The position numbers were made by a program, and so were the translations under genes. Shown in pieces: positions 38,601 through 50,937 of a stretch of 64,000 bases of DNA; the first letter of the stretch is position 1, and every line of letters begins with the position of its first letter. The notes under the pieces are model-generated. The model ran no database searches. It was not told where the DNA came from and saw only the letters and a list, made by a program, of their open reading frames with translations. The DNA lies in NCBI GenBank assembly GCA_907165135.1, contig OU015567.1:12338001-12402000 (forward strand). Reading direction: 5' to 3'. The stretch is from Oikopleura dioica. Its lineage: Eukaryota; Animalia; Chordata.

Positions 38601-39654
38601 TTACAGAAGACCGGAAGCAGTAACAGTAATGGGCTCCGTAGGTCGTTCATTGACGGCTTCGGCCCGTTCGATCGTGTTGAGTGTTTGAGATCCGCGAATG
38701 ACGCGACCGAAAGCAACGTATTTCTTGTCCATGAAGGGAGTTGAGTTCAAAGTCATGTAAAACTGGGAGTTGTTCGTGTGCGGTCCTTGGTTCGCCATGC
38801 CCAGTATCCCTCTGATATCATGCTGAAAGAAAACTAAGTAAGAGTTTAATTTTCAGGCAAAAACCTTGACTGCGAAATTTTCATCGGCAAAGAACTTTTC
38901 ACTGTAGCTCGAATGTCCACCATCGCCTTTTCCCGCTTCTATATCTCCTCCCTGGATCCAGCCATTCGGAACTACTCTGTGGATTATTGAATTTTTGTAG
39001 CTTCTCTCTTCGCTAAAAATCGTCCGTAAGAGGGTTGAAAGGTGTTGAGTTCAAACCTTGTGCATAAATTTTTGAAGTTTTCGCAAGTTTTTGGAACAAT
39101 GTTGATGAATAATTCGACATCTACTTGGCCGATTTCTTTTTCGCCTTTTGAGAATTTGAGATAGCAGAATTCACGCTAAAACGGTTTCAGTAAAGAATGG
39201 AGGTTTGAAAATTACCTTGTTATCTTTTTTATACGTTTCAAGAGCTTGATTGGCGACCTGAGCATAGTCCGTCTCGTCAGACTCCTCGTAGTTGAATTTT
39301 TCTTCGCAAAAGCTGTAAAAGTACTGAATGTCCTCGTGGTACTCGTTATCGATAAGCACGCAGCATGTGTTTCGGTCGTCATCGTCCTGCCATAAGTGGT
39401 TCATGTTGTCGCGGTTTTCTTTGCGGAATTGACTCCATTGGTACTCGAAATACTCTTCTGTTTCTAGGGTGATCACCCCTTGCTCTGAGAAATGGATTAG
39501 TTTATCAAAAATATATTTTAAATGATCAGATAACTTGGTCTACATCTGCGAAAATCACTCATTTAGAACTTACTTGCTGCCCACTCTGCGGCGACCCGAT
39601 TTCGGTGAAAAATTCCGAGTCAATGATTCCGGCAACTTTTATCCTAGGCGCCAT
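38601..39654 (-). CDS. PPIL6: Cyclophilin-like PPIL6
   Basis: N-terminal extension (IKVAG...AAE, EYQWSQF...W) plus PKTCENF, YKNSIIHRVVPNGWIQGGDI..GKGDGG, GILGMANQGPHTNNSQFY. Exon 1 needs a +1 T in a T5 run to stay in frame. Confidence 0.9.
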
Positions 39655-40289
39655 TCTGAAGTGCCTTATTCTATGAAACTGCGCACATGCAAGAGAATAA
39701 ACAACACAAGAGCAAATGCTCTAGAAAAAAATAATATTCTGAAGAGTTTATTTGAATTTTTTCCCTGGAAGTTTGAAACACATGGCAAAGGAGTTTCTTT
39801 GAAGCTGTAAACGTTTATCAACTGATGTTTTCTTTGTTCAAAAACAATAAAATTTAGCTTTGATGAACTATTCAACACATAAAAAATTAAATGAACTGTA
39901 AGTCGGGCTGCTACGGGTACAAATAAGCATGAACGAAATCGAATATTTTGCTAATAGAGACAGCTCAAAAGCGTTTTTAAGGGATTTTGTCTTTGAAAAA
40001 GGGCCTTTACTATGAAATGTTGCTGCATTATGCAGCCTGCATACAGGTTTATACAATTTTTTTTGTTGAATCTCCTTGAAGAAAGAGGAAAAGGAGGGAA
40101 GATATTGCACTGTCTATCTCTCTCGGGATTTTTTTGGAAAATGGAAAAGAAAGATAAAGGAATTGTTGAGCTGAATGAAGATTCTTCGGTTTAGAAAGAA
40201 GAAATACCAGGATGAGCTAAACTAGTGTTGTTAGTAGTTGTCTGCGAATGCGACTGATCAGCAGAGCTCAATCATAAGCCTGAAGGTAG

Positions 40290-43136
40290 AAAATGAAATT
40301 GGAATCAACAACCCTTCACCAGCAAAATGGGCTTGAGCAACTAACTTCAAAAATTAAACATACGCAAGGGAGAAGCTGGCGAGCCGAAACCAGGAGACCT
40401 AGAAGTCAATTTGTCGTCCATCGAAACCTGAAATAGCTCGAACACTATTGAGCCTTTGAAGAAGTTTCTTACAGTAATTTGGACAGGAACGTATCCATCA
40501 TGAGTTGGAGCATCTTTTTCAAATGCACTTAAAATTCAGATAATTTGATAATCAGAGTTCGTTAGCTTACGAGTCTAGTTGAAAGAGTTCGGATTTTGGG
40601 ACAGTTTTACCGTCTTGCTTATAGCAGTACATGAATTGGTTAAAGTCGCTAGAAAAGTATTAAGTCAATCAGATCGTTTATGTAAGATTTTACCAGCACT
40701 GCCCGTTCAAGTCTTTTACTAAAAAGTCTTTCGTCGTTTGAGGCTTGAGATGTTGTACAATTCCAGCTTGATTAAAAGCGAACTAAAATAATTTTTAAAA
40801 ATTTTTATGTTTGCAATTACAGTACCGTGAGTGCGCCAAGCTCGGAATCAGAGAATCTAAGCATAAAAGTACCCGATAACTGCTGACACAAAATACTTTC
40901 GCAATCTGGCTTTGAGATGAAGCCAACGATCGCCTGTTGCTGCCAGTGCTTATTGCACTTTCGGTCTTTCATTAGTTTTAGTGTGGAGTCGAACCACTGC
41001 CAGAAGGTGAAAGTTCTATTGACGAGGTTTTCCTTGTTGAACATGGCCCATGTGACGATACTTTTGTCGTTGAATGGGTTTCCACGGAAAAGTTTGAACC
41101 CGAGGTACGCGAGGCTCCGGTCCGACAGGTCAAAACTGCAGCAGGTCTCTGCTTTCCATTTCATATTTAGACAGTCTCGGAGTCGATGCCACTCTACAGC
41201 TTCTATTCTCAAGGTTCGAAAACAATTTTAAAAATATTAACTCTTCGTTGATTCCAATTTATTTTCGAACCTTTCCTGGTACAGCAAAAGGAATTCTCTG
41301 TGGCTCCGAGAATGCATTATCCCACAAAATTGACGCTGATGCATTTGTTTCTTGATTTCCGTGAACAATGACAACGATGGGCAGAGAAAGAGCGCGAACA
41401 TAAAACACCAGTTCTTTCGTTCCAACATGGAATTCCGCCAGAAAGAGGATAGTGAACTTCTCTTCCGTAACTGTATCAGAGCCCTTTTTGTCTGGGCGGC
41501 GGATACGTCGGAGAGACATGTTGCGGAAGTTGGCGCTGAGAATTCCGGAAGTGGAATTATACTCCATCGTCGAGACACTGTTGAGAATCTCTCCTGTTGC
41601 ATAGGACTCGTACATTTTTGTGTTCAAAATGCCATTCCCTTCCAAATGATGGGCACTATCTTCAGCAATAAGAATCTCTCTTGCTTGGGCTTCTGATACG
41701 ATGATCGCTCGGACTTGCGGAGGGTTCACGTGGATTGATAGTTTGTTCCCAATCAACAGACGAACTTGAGCACCGAAGCGAGTTTGTGTCTTTAGAACTT
41801 GTGGTGGTTGTCGTTCGATGACGAAGCTTGAAGTTACTAGGGATGAAAGTTGTGCTGTCAGTTGTGCATTGAATCTAGGCAGTTCGGGCTCTTGGGCTGA
41901 CGCGTCCGGACTACTTATTGGCAGTTGGGTCTTTTGTAGCTCGCAGCGTTTAATCTGCTGTCTAAAATCTGTTTTAGCGTAACAAAACAGCAGTGGAATA
42001 ACCTGTTGCTCCATAAAATCTCGGCTAGTTTTTCACAGTACTCTTGAATATTTTTCAACGCCGTGTCATCATTCTGGCCTCCGTTGAAAAGCAAAACTTG
42101 ATTTTGCTTCCAACCCATCAGTTTCTTCTCCAGAACGAGTTGATGTACTTGATTGATTTTTCAATCACTTCTTTGTGCTTTTCCATAATTTGGCTTCGCG
42201 TACGCAGGATATTTTGCGCTCTTGCATTCAACTCCTGGTCGTATTTTTCTTTTTCCTTCATAAACTGACGGCAACGTTCTTGGTGCTCTGGTTCCTGGCT
42301 TAATCGACGGACCTCGTGCTCGTATCTCAACTGCTCTTGATATCTTATCACGAAATACTCCTGTGCTGATTGCGCTTCTCGTAAGCACTCTTCAGTCTTT
42401 TGCGTGCAGTTGTAAAGATCCTGTAGAATCGCACGAATGGTTTCGTCTTCCATTTGTAGAGGTCCTCTCGCCTCGACGCTAGAACTTTCATGGGCACGGG
42501 CGACGACTTGTTTTTCATTCGCTAGCACCTGGTTAAAAATAAAATAAGAATCTTATTTTATCAGGAAAAAAGCAGTTATCGTCGATCATATCGCTCAACT
42601 ATTTGATATGAACTCATACGTATTAAGATACGTTTCTTTTGTTCGCCGATTAGAAAATTATTTAAAGAATCTTAAGCACCAAACTTACCTCTTTTCGTCG
42701 TCGCACAAGCTCCAAAGGTCTTGCCGCGTATTCATTTTGAATAGTATTCATGATCTCAATCAATTTGAAGCGTGTGAGAAAATCTGAAGGTTGAATATTT
42801 GCAATCTGGTGTTGAATTGTTTTCAGCCATTCCTGAAGCATGATTTGGGCATTTTCGGCTTGGTCGGGATGGTCTGGGTTGATCCCTAAACTTTGTTCAA
42901 AGTTCTATCACTACAGATTTACTAACCGTCCCATTGTTGCATCTCGATCAAATCGGCGAAGTAGTGACGGAACTCGATAGGGAAAAATCTTGAATCGTAC
43001 ATGATCTACAGAAGCAATTGTTCATAATATTAGACAGAGGCAAGATTATTACCCTAATTTGATGCATGCTTTCTGTATCGAGCTGACATACTTGCGCCCA
43101 CAAGCTGTGGGGCCCCGGGCCTAGGGGCTGGTTCAT
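40290..43136 (-). CDS. STAT5: STAT transcription factor, STAT5-like
   Basis: FPIEFRHY N-domain, [52 protein letters not shown]2 [13 protein letters not shown], phosphotyrosine motif DGYVPVQI. Exact stop uncertain (~40200-40300). Confidence 0.93.
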
Positions 43137-43318
43137 GATTATCGCCCGTCCAGTATTTTTACGAAGATCAGTCTTTAAAATTTCAGTGTCATAATCAAGG
43201 ATCTAGGGAAACATGTGTCGGGGGAACATGTGATGGTATTCAAGAATGGACAGTTTTATAGTTGTGCTTGTGAACATGAAAAATGGCCCTCTCTCTATCT
43301 GGCGCGAAAGAAAAGAGC

Positions 43319-46300
43319 TCAGCTTTTCCCATAGTATCCCATGCTCTTATAATACTCTGCCCAGGCAGCTGTGTAATCTGGTTGACTGCCCGTCGCCTGG
43401 GCCGCCTGCGCTGTCGATCCATTATTGCTCTGTTGGTGCTTAAGGGACCCAGTTAGGTAGATTCATGCGCGGCTTCAGGCGCTCCCCTGATGATCAGTTG
43501 TCAAGATTTTTTTAATATTTTTTCTGCAAATTATATCCTCAGACTCTCAGCTTTCGTTTGCTGTTATCAGAATTTTCATACGGCTAAGAGTTTTGTCGCT
43601 AGAGCTGGATGAAGTTCATTTACTTCAAAAGCTATCTAGTCCTACAATTTTGATTTTTGCGATTCGAAATTACTATCAGCTGAAAGCTGAGAAAATTCTC
43701 TACAAATCCCACCTAGTGTGCAATTTTCAGGTCACCACTGATTGTAATCAGGAAGCAATTCTCGGAAATACTTAGCGCGGGCTCAGTGGGAATCCCTCGC
43801 AAACAAGCCTTTTGAGCGCTGCGTGACACGCTGCGCGCGCTATATTTGGTTCATTTACATGATTATCAGTTCGTTTACGTTATTAAAGGGGACAAGAAAA
43901 TTGCACATTAGGTGGGATTTGTAGAGAATTTTCTAAGCTTTCAGCTGGTAGTAATTTTGAATCGCAAAAATCAAAATTGTAGGACTAGATAGCTTTTGAA
44001 ATTTATGAACTTCATCCAGCTCTAGCGACAAAACTCTTTGCCGTATGAAAATTCTGATAACAGCAAATGAAAGCTGAGAGTCTGAGAATATAATTAGCAG
44101 AAAAAATATTAAAAAAATCTTGACAACTGATCATCAGGGGAGCGCCTGAAGCCGCGCATGAATCTACCTAACTGGGTCCCTTAAAATAGCCGATAATAGT
44201 CCATTTCGTTCGACTGTATTTTTACCTTTTGAACCTTGAAGTACTCTTCCCAGGCTTTTGTATAGTCGGGCTGACTCGCTGCAGCTGCTGGCTGTGGCGT
44301 TGGCGTGGCAGGAGCCTGATTTTGCGATTGACTATTCATTTGCTGGTAGTACGCAGCCCATGCGGCATGGTAATCGGTCGACTGCTGAGGCTGGGCCACA
44401 GGCGCTGGCTTTTTATAGGTAACGACACTTTACAAATCCTCGGTAAGCTCTTTTTACACTCTCTAACTCCTCTTAGTAATTAGCATGGCGCACTACTCTC
44501 ACGCTAGATTCTCGTCATCTTATCATGACGAATTAGATAGAAGAGCATCATTGTACTTTGTAATGTTGGTTACCCGTGCCTGGACCGGGGCCGGAGCTGG
44601 TGGAGGTGCTTGTTGAGGATATTGTGGAGTACTAGGATGCTGGTACTGTTGGTGTTGGGCGCCATGCTGGACGACTGGCGGCATTCCTGGAGATTGAAAC
44701 TGGGGTGGACCGGCTTGTGGAGGCTGGGGCATGTGAGGAGGCATCTGAAATCAAATTTTATCGCAATTCAAATCGGATTAGTCTTACTCTTTGTGGGGGA
44801 CCACCATATGGAGGTTGTGGGTAACCCGGTCGCTGCATCATGTGATGCGGCGGTGTTGATGGAGGAACTCCGCTCAGATTAGCTCCTGGAGGAGGTGGTC
44901 CTCCAACTTTCTCCTGGATTAGCTTTTGCGCGAGAGCAACTCCCTCTGGCTGGCCCTTGATAGTAAAGTATCGCCAGGCGGGGTCGTTGCTAGGAGGGTT
45001 CGTCTTGTTCTGTGTAATTTGGCAGCCTGATTGGTTCTTGATTGCAATGATGTGCTCGCCTCCCTTGCCGATAACAGCACCGGTCTTCTGAGTTGGAACC
45101 GGGTAGTCAACTGTTTGCTCGGGCTGTAGAGCTGGTGGTGGTCTCGGCATTTGGTAGTTGTTGTGCATGCTCCCATTGTAACCTCCGGGTCTATAAGAAG
45201 AATTGGTTAATAAGCGGAACGTGAGCTGTCAGCTACCCTGTCGGCGCTTGATTCCAGTTCATCGGTGGCGCGCCGTTGTGTGGCGGTGCCATCATGGGAG
45301 GAGCCGCAGATTGGCCGAACTTGGGAATGTTTTGCACGGTATCAACTCCAGTCATCTTCTTACGGCAGATTGACATCACGATTTGCTGCGCGCGGAGAAC
45401 TCCTTCCATAGTTCCAGTGATGTAGCATCCGCGTGTGGCCGCATCCGGTTCTTCTGGTTTGAATTGAATCCTAAGAACAGTTAGGAGAAGAGAAAGAATT
45501 GTTTCGCTTACCTAGTGACAGTTTCCCCTTGAAGCTGTGTAATCGTCTCTCCTTTCTTTCCAATAATAACTCCCACAGCGCCCTGTGGAACTGGGAACTC
45601 GCTTTTGACTTGGCCGCCAGGAGCGAGCTTGGCCGCAGTTTTCTCTTCCTTCGGCAGCAGAGTCGTGAAAATGTCCATTCTAGTTCCATTAATCTGTGTA
45701 CTATTTCCAGTGATCTTGAGTACTTTCGCAACGCCTTCTGGGTCTGATTCTTTTTGAACGAGCTCGAGCGACACCTGGTACTTTTGTCGCAGGTTTTTGA
45801 GGTTTTGGCCACCTTTTCCAATTACAACTAAAGTAAGTCTCTTTGAAGCTGAAAAGAACTATCTATTTTTACCTCCGACTTTGTCAGGAGGCACGAGGAA
45901 CTCTTCAGTGGTTGTCTGCCAGGGCTGCGCTGGATTAGGCATTTGAGGTTGAGGGACAGCCCGTCGAGTATTGGTAAGAGGTTTGGCTCTTGTATCGTTG
46001 GTCTCACGTGGAACCCGTCTACCAGGGTTGTACGATTTTCCGTCTCTAGCATTCTGCTCGTCTTTGAGTTTCCCATTCGCGATCACTTCCTAGAGTTTCA
46101 ATTTATACCGGATTTCTTCATTGATTTTGGGGCGCTGTCAACTTGAGTCTAGTTTTTTTCCTGTACTTGCCTTGAGTGCATTTTTAGCAGCTTGCAATTG
46201 CTCTGCTGTTCCAGTGAGAGTACAGGGACGGTTCTCGGTTCCTGTGGACTGGGCCTGTACTTGTATTCCACACTAAATATACCGGTATAAGACGCGGGTT

Positions 46301-46873
46301 TAATTTTGATCCTAGTTACGTTTGTTTCTGCTTGGATGCGTTGGATGTTCTCTCCGCCGCGGCCGATAACAAGGCCGACTAGCTGATCTGGAATAGGATA
46401 CTCCTCCACAAGCTTCTCTCCTTCATCGCTACAGGGCTCCAGCTTCGCCGTGTTCGCCTTTTTCGCCGTCGGTCCGTTGGCCGCGTTGACGCTTGGCCGT
46501 TTTTGGCCAGTAACGCCGCCGTCGCTATTAAAAAATATAGTAAGGATAGTCGATTGTCATTTTCGCTTCACTGTCAATAAATTGCTGATAGTTTTGACTA
46601 TCAGTAATTAATTGAGGGGACGTTTATCTGTCTTATTTGAGAGCAAATAACATTGTACTGCGGGGACACCAAGTTTTCATTGGAAAAACATGTGAGTATT
46701 TTGAAAAGAAAATAGATGTTTTGGGACAACATTGAGTACGACAATGGTGAGTTGTGAAGAATGTGGAGATAAACAATATCCAACCTCAACAGTTCAGCTT
46801 CCAGAGCCTCTTCTTTGATAGACTGCAAAATAAGATGTTACTAAAGATGTTGCTGGTACAGCGATCTTACCAT
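43319..46873 (-). CDS. FUBP1: Far-upstream-element-binding protein (FUBP1/KHSRP family)
   Basis: Four KH domains (VIGRGGE, VIGKGGQ, IIGKKGE, VIGKGGE), P/G/Q-rich region, three Y-rich repeats (DYHAAWAAYY, PDYTKAWEEYF, PDYTAAWAEYY). ATG is at the very end of an exon (46873-46871). Confidence 0.92.
43444..44180. mobile_element. TTAA-specific MITE (Kolobok/piggyBac-type TSD) in the last FUBP intron
   Basis: TTAA at 43440-43443 and 44181-44184; ~285-bp near-perfect TIRs starting GGGACCCAGTTAGGTAG; 737 bp. Confidence 0.92.
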
Positions 46874-48889
46874 TTCGAAGAGATAGGATTGGTTGAAAGA
46901 GCAGTAGAACTTGTTAAAGAAGTCCTAGAATTTGACGGTAAATCAGCGGTTGATAATCAGGCTGTTTTGGGCTGGAGGAACGCTTTTTTGTTTAGTTCAA
47001 GTTATGAAAATAAATACTCGAAATGCTAAATGAAAAGAAATTGAAACGAATTGAGACGCTAGAATTTCGAATTAAAAAGAGATGATTTTAAATCTTAATT
47101 AGACGTTTACTTTCGTAAGACTGCTGTAAAATGTAATGTAACTTGTTTAGCACTTGTCATTTCTGATCCTTAGTAGACTCTTTAGACAGGTTGAGCGTTT
47201 GAGAATTTCGAATTTGCAAAGAGGGAAAATATACTTATACCGCCAGGAGCCACACTTACTCAGCAATCGAGAGATTCAGTTTTCACAGATTGAAGGTTGA
47301 AACGGTTTTGAGGTTGCAGAGCTAAAATCATAACGTCCAGGAATAGAGACAAATAGAGCTTTGTGGGACACTGTAATACTATGCCTTAGATTTTTCTGAT
47401 CTACTGTCAGATTTACAGAAGATCGTACTGTCTAATTTTCACGGAATGTAGCATTTTCTTTATCGTTAAAGTTTCAAAGAATGTCGATGTTTTAAACATA
47501 AATTAGCTTTTACCCAGGGCCTTATTTTCGTAGGATTGAAAAAACGAGAGGAGCATAGATTTTGCTGGCTTATTGACTTTAATCATAAAGTCAAACTAAA
47601 AGAATTTAATGTCAAGGTTGATAACTGATAGCGTGATAAATGACGCAAACGTTTTGAATATTGCAATCAGGGCTTTTGACTTTGAAAAGCTTTCAATGAA
47701 TCTTACTGTAAGATCATTTTATTGATTGTGGCAACTGGCATAGAATTATTAACTTTTTTGGAATAAAATGTAATATTGCTGATTTTTGACTTTCCAGGAA
47801 TTAATTTGACGAATAACAAATCAGAAAAGATTAAAATCAGAAAGAAAAGGGACAAAAAGCATAACTTTTTTAGACGATAAATCACAATACGCAAGTATTA
47901 TTTGAAGGACAGTTTTTATCCTTGCAGAAATTACTTACATTGGGTCAGGAAGTGTTTGCGCAAAAGTTCACCTTGAACTTTTCGAAAATCCCGAATCAAT
48001 CAATCTAAAATCGACGAATATTTTTCTCATTGAGTATTTTTCGCTATAAATGAAAGAAAGTGAAACGGGTGGGAATTTTCACGGCTGGCCAAATTCAAAC
48101 ATCCAACCAAAACTTGGCAATTTCAATTCCAAAATGGTAAGTTGAAAAAACACTATCTCTGGGGCCAATTTTTTAAGAGTTTTTTTTCAGTTAAAAATTT
48201 CTCTTTATCAAAAATGATCGCTAAAATCAGTTTATTCTCTCCGCGGCGTATCTATTTTCTCCTTTCGGTCGATACTTTTACTTCTCTCTGGTTCGTTTTT
48301 TTTTTATATTTTTCGCTGGCGATGACGTCATCTACTGTCAGCCCACTCAAAAATAAAGGCGAAAAAGAAAGAAACAAAAACGCGAATTCGTCGAGCCTGA
48401 AGCGCGCAATTTGCGTCGCGTTCCAAAAAAACGCTGCGTTTCGACCCTAGTCCACGCCTACAGCTCAGCTGGAGTACCCTAGAGCCGCGCTTGCCCGCTC
48501 TCTTCGCTTTCTTTCTTTCTCTCTTTTCCGAATTATTATTTGAAGAAAAAAAAGATCTATCTTTTAAAATGGGAACATGTCAAAAACAGAAACGAAAAAA
48601 TTCCCTCAATCAGACGAAAGGGGTTATTTTTTAGCCCCTCTGAGATCTGACGGTTGGCAAACCCGAATGCACCGAATTTTCGTGCAATCGAGTTCACAAT
48701 TCGCCAATTTTAAAAAATTATTTGAATTTTTTTTTCTCGATTTTACCAAAAAATCCGTTTCCTTGTTCAAAAATAAAAAGAATTATTGATTAATTTTTTA
48801 ACAAAGATATTTTTAGACAAGAGAATTTGAAAGAAATTGAAACAAAAGAAGAAAGAAAGAAAACTCCGAAAGAAGAAAATTGAGAAAAA

Positions 48890-50849
48890 ATGGCGGCAAG
48901 GAAGATATTATTTATCACAGAATATCGGGTCGCAACTTACCCTTTGGGCGGAGTAGGAGATTCCTGCACCGTCAATCAGGTTCAAATACTGTCAAGCCAA
49001 TTTTAGTCTTAGAGAAATTTCAAATTTGGGCTACGAGAGATTTTACCAAACATGTGTGAAATGTAATGAGTGTTTCAATTTTATTTTCTTTTTTAAATGA
49101 AAACTTTCGTTTTGCTTAAATTTTTTAAGAAAGCAGATCTTTGTTTTGAAGTGAACTGAGATGGTGATTTTATTATCAGAAAGAGACAGCTTTCGAAGCA
49201 ATATTCTTGCTTATCAAGTGTCCCTTTAATTCAGATTCAATCTGAGGAAATATGTTTTTGAGCTAATCACAACAGATCAATGAAGCTCGATAATTAAAAC
49301 ATATGAAACTGCTTCATGTGATTTTATATCAAATCGAATTTCTCATACATCGTTGATTTCGAAAGATTTCGAAACTGTAACTAGGGTAGGAGCCACTGAT
49401 AAGTAGAATGATAATTTTTCATAGAAAGAAATACTAAACTTTTAATTAAATTTATCAAATAATTATATAATATATGTTATAGATATATTTATTCATAATA
49501 TGGAAAGAAAAAATTGATAGATCGTAGATATGTCATTATGCGTGTGTTTTTTTTCCGAAAAAAAAAAGAAAATTGCTGGAATTTTTTATATTTTTAAGGC
49601 GGCTGAGTGTAATTCCGCCTAGCGCTGCGTGGCACCGTGTAATTTCACCCTTGAGCGCCGTGCATGCGCATTATCGCAAAAGACAGAGGACAACTCAGAA
49701 TTTAAAATAAAATCCCAATTTTCTTTTATTCGTGAATAATTTATAATGTTGAACACAGACATAAAATTTCTTCATTTTTGCCAATAAATGTTTTTTATTT
49801 GTTTATTAAAACTTATCGTTTGCCCTGAAAACGAAGAAGAATCTCTTTTATCTTCACTTTTGTTTTAATTTTATTTATTGATATCTCGATAATCACATTT
49901 CCGTGAATATTGGCCTTCTATTTGAACCCTGGAGACGCGCGAATGAATCTTTCATGCGACCCTCTTCTCGTTCCTTCCTTGTAACGAACTGAAACTCAAG
50001 TTCCTCTAGAACCCCTTGAGAACTGGCACTTCTTGTTTGACCATTTCTATCATCTTTGTTATTGACTTTTTGTGACCCGTCGAGAAGGAAATGCAAAGAA
50101 GCTCGAGGAAGTCAGGCAAATTATGAAACGGATCATAAAATGCTTCTTTGTATGCACTTACTGTAATTATATTTTTGTGATCCGGAAAATAGGCAAAACG
50201 CGCCCCAAATCTGGTTATTGATCGAGTCAACATTGACCTTCCCGAGTACCAGGTAAAAAATAACACCAAGAGCGTTGTTCAATTTTATCGTCTAGGGATC
50301 AGTGGAAGAAGTAGCGCGAGCGAAATGCATGTCCGCTTGGGAACATTTGAAGAAAGAAGGAAAAACAGATGTACGAGTGATTGTTGAAGATACGGCCTTG
50401 TGTTTCAATGCCTTGGGAGGGCTGCCAGGGGTCTATATCAAGTGGTTTTTGAAGGAACTCAAGCCTGAGGGTCTTCATCGAATGCTGACCGGCTTTGGTA
50501 AGAAGCAGTCTTGAAAAAGGGTTGAAAACGATTTAGACGATAAATCGGCAAAAGCAATGTGTACGTTTGCCGTAATGGGGGACGAAATGCAGGAGCCCGA
50601 ACTCTTCCAGGTAAATTTAAGCCGAGGAAAATAAGCAGCAACCGCCTTATTTAATTTTAGGGAATCTGCCCTGGCGAAATCGTCGTTCCCCGAGGAGAAA
50701 CGAGCTTTGGTTGGGATCCGTGTTTCCAGCCGGATCACGAGTCCGGTCACACCTTCGCCGAAATGGACTCGGCCGTCAAAAACGGAATTTCACATCGTTC
50801 CAAAGCGCTGGAAAAAGTCATTAACTACTTTGTCTCAAACCCAAACTAG
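48890..50849 (+). CDS. ITPA: Inosine triphosphate pyrophosphatase
   Basis: [55 protein letters not shown]. First exon [10 protein letters not shown] at 48890-48920 is inferred; body 50088-50849 is solid. Confidence 0.9.
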
Positions 50850-50937
50850 CGCAAAACCCCAGCAAAGAAACGAAACGCAACACTGTTTGTTTTTAGACTG
50901 CGTGCAATATATCGTGTCCCTTTCTCTCAAACCTCTA

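Noticed and set aside
39600-39615. Frameshift in PPIL6 exon 1 (T5 run)
   Set aside because: Adding one T restores both the AAE motif and the splice phase; typical homopolymer error.
50060-50087. Local LTFVT-like sequence as the ITPA start
   Set aside because: It has an in-frame stop and no ATG, and would insert RRE into the invariant TGN motif.
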